Shown: positions 23,937 through 26,324 of the stretch, piece after piece
Numbering within the stretch: position 1 is the stretch's first letter
Layout of the letters: every line of letters begins with the position of its first letter
IMG/VR virus record: IMGVR_UViG_3300025470_000075
Location: 1-26,324 of that record
Direction: 5' to 3' (one strand)
Source: a virus
Lineage: Duplodnaviria; Caudoviricetes
Length of the DNA: 26,324 bases
The notes under the pieces: generated by a model
What the model was told of the DNA's origin: nothing
Databases searched by the model: none
What the model saw: the letters and a program-made list of their open reading frames with translations, nothing else
Translations under genes and position numbers: made by a program

Positions 23937-24317
23937 CTATTGAATGGTGAGGCTGAATGAATCAGCTAGAGTAGATAATAACATACGAAATGTTGAACGG
24001 CTATTCAAAACTGCAACCATTCCATCAATGTTTCCAATGGTATCACCCACTCCAATGCAACCCAGAAGTTCATCAGCTAGGTTTGCGGGGTGAATCTCTA
24101 TGTTTGTGCGGTTAGGTACATCCCGTGCTATCCACACACTACCATGCTTAGGACTGATATAACGGTTGAATTCATACGTTCCCAGCGGAATGCAGCTTTT
24201 GTCAGGTAGGTTTTCTTTCCACGGTAATTCGATGGTGTAGCAAAGGTGATTACCATCATCATCAAATAACTCGCCCAGTGTCCCATCATCAGTCGATGGT
24301 TGGCGTTTGAGAAGCAT
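23937..24317 (-). CDS. DUF5675-type putative endolysin
   Basis: TLGEL...CYTIELPW...SCIPLGTY...VPNRTNIEIHPAN...LLGCIGVG...VLNSR.TF motif set. Confidence 0.8.
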   Translation of the reverse strand: MLLKRQPSTDDGTLGELFDDDGNHLCYTIELPWKENLPDKSCIPLGTYEFNRYISPKHGSVWIARDVPNRTNIEIHPANLADELLGCIGVGDTIGNIDGMVAVLNSRSTFRMLLSTLADSFSLTIQ

Positions 24318-24616
24318 TAGTGCCTCCCAAGCAAAGATTTAATGTCCTCTGATACTACGTCCAAACGGTCGTGTAACCGTTCAAAAGATTCTTTTACATC
24401 TTTGTTTGCTGCAAATGTCTTAAAACTTTCTAATTTATGTTCGTCCAAATTTTTTTGGACTTCATTGACATTTTTCTGCACAAGACTGACTTTGACATCA
24501 TTATTATCAACTTGTTTTACTATCCTCATACCAAAGTATCCCAAAACAGTCATAACACCTGCCAATAAACCCGTTATCAACTCGTGAATAAAAGAATATT
24601 CATATTCAGTAGCCAT
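24317..24616 (-). CDS. Putative holin/antiholin (single TM + coiled coil)
   Basis: LITGLLAGVMTVLGYFGM TM segment followed by heptads; TAATG coupling to the endolysin. Confidence 0.6.
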   Translation of the reverse strand: MATEYEYSFIHELITGLLAGVMTVLGYFGMRIVKQVDNNDVKVSLVQKNVNEVQKNLDEHKLESFKTFAANKDVKESFERLHDRLDVVSEDIKSLLGRH

Positions 24617-24619
24617 GTC

Positions 24620-26323
24620 TTATCTCATTCTTACAGCGGTTATTTTCCCTGTTGAAGTCGCAGTGGAAACAGCAAAACTGCCGTTTGCTACAAGATAAAC
24701 TGTTGTAGTTCCTGATAATTTTAATGTTTGTGGTGGTACAGTCAATATTGTGGCTGGGTTTCCACCTGTTAAATATGAACCTGCATAAGTCGCAAAATCT
24801 GGAACGGTTGGTAAAGTAGCTGATGTAGTGCTAATACCAGCAGAAAATATGGTGGCGGTGGTAGTTCCAGCTAAGTTAAAAGAAGCTGACCCATACACTA
24901 ACCATTGCCCTGCTGTGAGAGAAATAGATGTAATATTTGCAGAAGTACCTGATGAAAGACTAACAGCCGTACCAGTCGATGTTACGGTTTCTCCAACTAT
25001 ACCAGCCGACGCACTATCATTGGTGGTAGTTCCTTTTATGCCGCCAGTTGTAGGAGAAAAAATTAATTGAGGAACAGTAAGAGTTTTTCCTACTCCATCA
25101 AAAGCACCGACTTTGTTACCGTTTGCATAAATATTAACAACGCCGGATGACCCATTTGCAGATAGGTCCAATTCGTTGTCGGTTGAATACAAATAGGCCG
25201 CATTAGCTGATGTGAACGGAGAAGTTCCACCATTAGAACTATTGATACCCATATTAATAAAATGGGTCGTGGCCGTACCGTTATCTGCTGTTGCAACAAA
25301 ATCGGAACTTGCTGCTGATCCTGAATTGGTATTTTGAATGCTTACTTGGTAGTAATTGTTCACGTTTCCTGTGAATTGCGCTGCAATAGTATCGATTGTG
25401 TCAATGTATCCACCCGTACCAAGAATCAATGGAAGCGTGATATTTTGATTGTAGTTGGTGTTATTTAAAACGCTCCCTGTAAATCTTCCATAGGTGCTAT
25501 CAACTATTGCTGCATAGGTATTGCCCAAAGCCATTTCGCTTGCTGCGGTGAAATGTAAATTATCAGCGTTTAGAGCTAAGTTTGTGGTATCAACGTATCT
25601 GTTACCCGCTGCTGCACCAACTGCTTTTTGAGCAGCGCGTACAGTTGCTTGATAAGGAACCGTCGCAATAGACTGATTAGGCAAACCTGCAATCACAAAT
25701 AAATAGTTTGGAGATAACGTGTAGCTTGCAAACAAAGTGGACTTCAAAGCTGCTGCAAATGCCGTTAGATTGGATTGATACGCATTGGCATTAGTTTGGT
25801 TTTGCGCGTCTGTTTCACCCTGATCCCAAATAAAATCATTCACTACCGCAATTTGTCCGGTTAAAGCAATCGCTGGCAAAGCTGCGTTTACTGCGTTTGT
25901 CAAACCAGTCCATTGAGCACCGGGGCCGGATGGGTTCCAGTTAGTTGCAAGGCTAGTGGCTCCTACTGCATATTTTACAATATAGGTAGGTTGTCCCGTA
26001 AATGCTGTAGCCGCTGCTCCAAAAGATACTTCTGGCCCTATGCTTTTTGCATCTAAACCTTGGTTATTATTGCCGGATGATAGGGGGCTAAAAGTGTTCC
26101 CGTTCCAAATCAAAGACTGCAAATTAGGATAGTTAGCTGGAGTATACGGGAAAGGAGTATTTGCTACTGCACCGTTACCTACCATATTGCTCTGTCCAGC
26201 CAAGACAGATACTAGTGCCGTTTTAATGCCCGATAACCCACCAAGATACGATTGAAGCTGCGTAAGGAACGATGACGAAGGTACGCCGCCGCGATACATA
26301 GTAAATTGTCCAATTTGACCTAA
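24620..26323 (-). CDS. Tail fibre/spike with SGNH carbohydrate esterase (SASA / sialate O-acetylesterase) domain, 5' end outside window
   Basis: LAGQSNMVG, IGPEVSFG, IVKYAVGATSL, WDQGETD, DNLHF motifs. The frame stays open upstream of ATG 26299 to the window edge. Confidence 0.85.
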   Translation of the reverse strand, partial: LGQIGQFTMYRGGVPSSSFLTQLQSYLGGLSGIKTALVSVLAGQSNMVGNGAVANTPFPYTPANYPNLQSLIWNGNTFSPLSSGNNNQGLDAKSIGPEVSFGAAATAFTGQPTYIVKYAVGATSLATNWNPSGPGAQWTGLTNAVNAALPAIALTGQIAVVNDFIWDQGETDAQNQTNANAYQSNLTAFAAALKSTLFASYTLSPNYLFVIAGLPNQSIATVPYQATVRAAQKAVGAAAGNRYVDTTNLALNADNLHFTAASEMALGNTYAAIVDSTYGRFTGSVLNNTNYNQNITLPLILGTGGYIDTIDTIAAQFTGNVNNYYQVSIQNTNSGSAASSDFVATADNGTATTHFINMGINSSNGGTSPFTSANAAYLYSTDNELDLSANGSSGVVNIYANGNKVGAFDGVGKTLTVPQLIFSPTTGGIKGTTTNDSASAGIVGETVTSTGTAVSLSSGTSANITSISLTAGQWLVYGSASFNLAGTTTATIFSAGISTTSATLPTVPDFATYAGSYLTGGNPATILTVPPQTLKLSGTTTVYLVANGSFAVSTATSTGKITAVRMR

Positions 26324-26324
26324 G

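Noticed and set aside
1-26324. Alternative genetic code, introns/inteins, diversity-generating retroelement
   Set aside because: Core genes are intact and normal in length under code 11; no reverse transcriptase, intein motif or TR/VR repeat pair seen.

Overview
The window is a large part of a tailed dsDNA phage genome, probably podovirus-like. The host is probably an alphaproteobacterium, inferred from a perfect CtrA box, GANTC-containing promoters and spanins. Layout: (i) 1-10633, minus-strand head/packaging operon read right to left: two small Zn-finger ORFs, large terminase, two Zn-binding proteins, portal, a 14-aa basic peptide with its own promoter and terminator, scaffold, major capsid, a Gly/Thr-rich virion protein, head-tail adaptor and tail nozzle (runs off the left edge). 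(ii) 10634-11399, a non-coding control region with G-tracts and a dense run of sites resembling host-factor boxes (IHF, NrdR, NtrC, CtrA, CcrM/GcrA). (iii) 11400-14788, plus-strand early small ORFs ending in an HTH gene. (iv) 14735-17898, minus-strand replication module: RHH regulator, VRR-NUC, Ref-like HNH, iteron-containing initiator, and a primase split into a Zn-finger ORF and an overlapping Toprim-helicase ORF. (v) 17996-23221, plus-strand accessory/recombination genes including a YqaJ exonuclease and its partner. (vi) 23218-26324, minus-strand lysis cassette and a carbohydrate-esterase tail protein (runs off the right edge). No integrase, DNA polymerase, tRNA or CRISPR array was seen. 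All family calls come from motif recognition by eye; no database searches were run.
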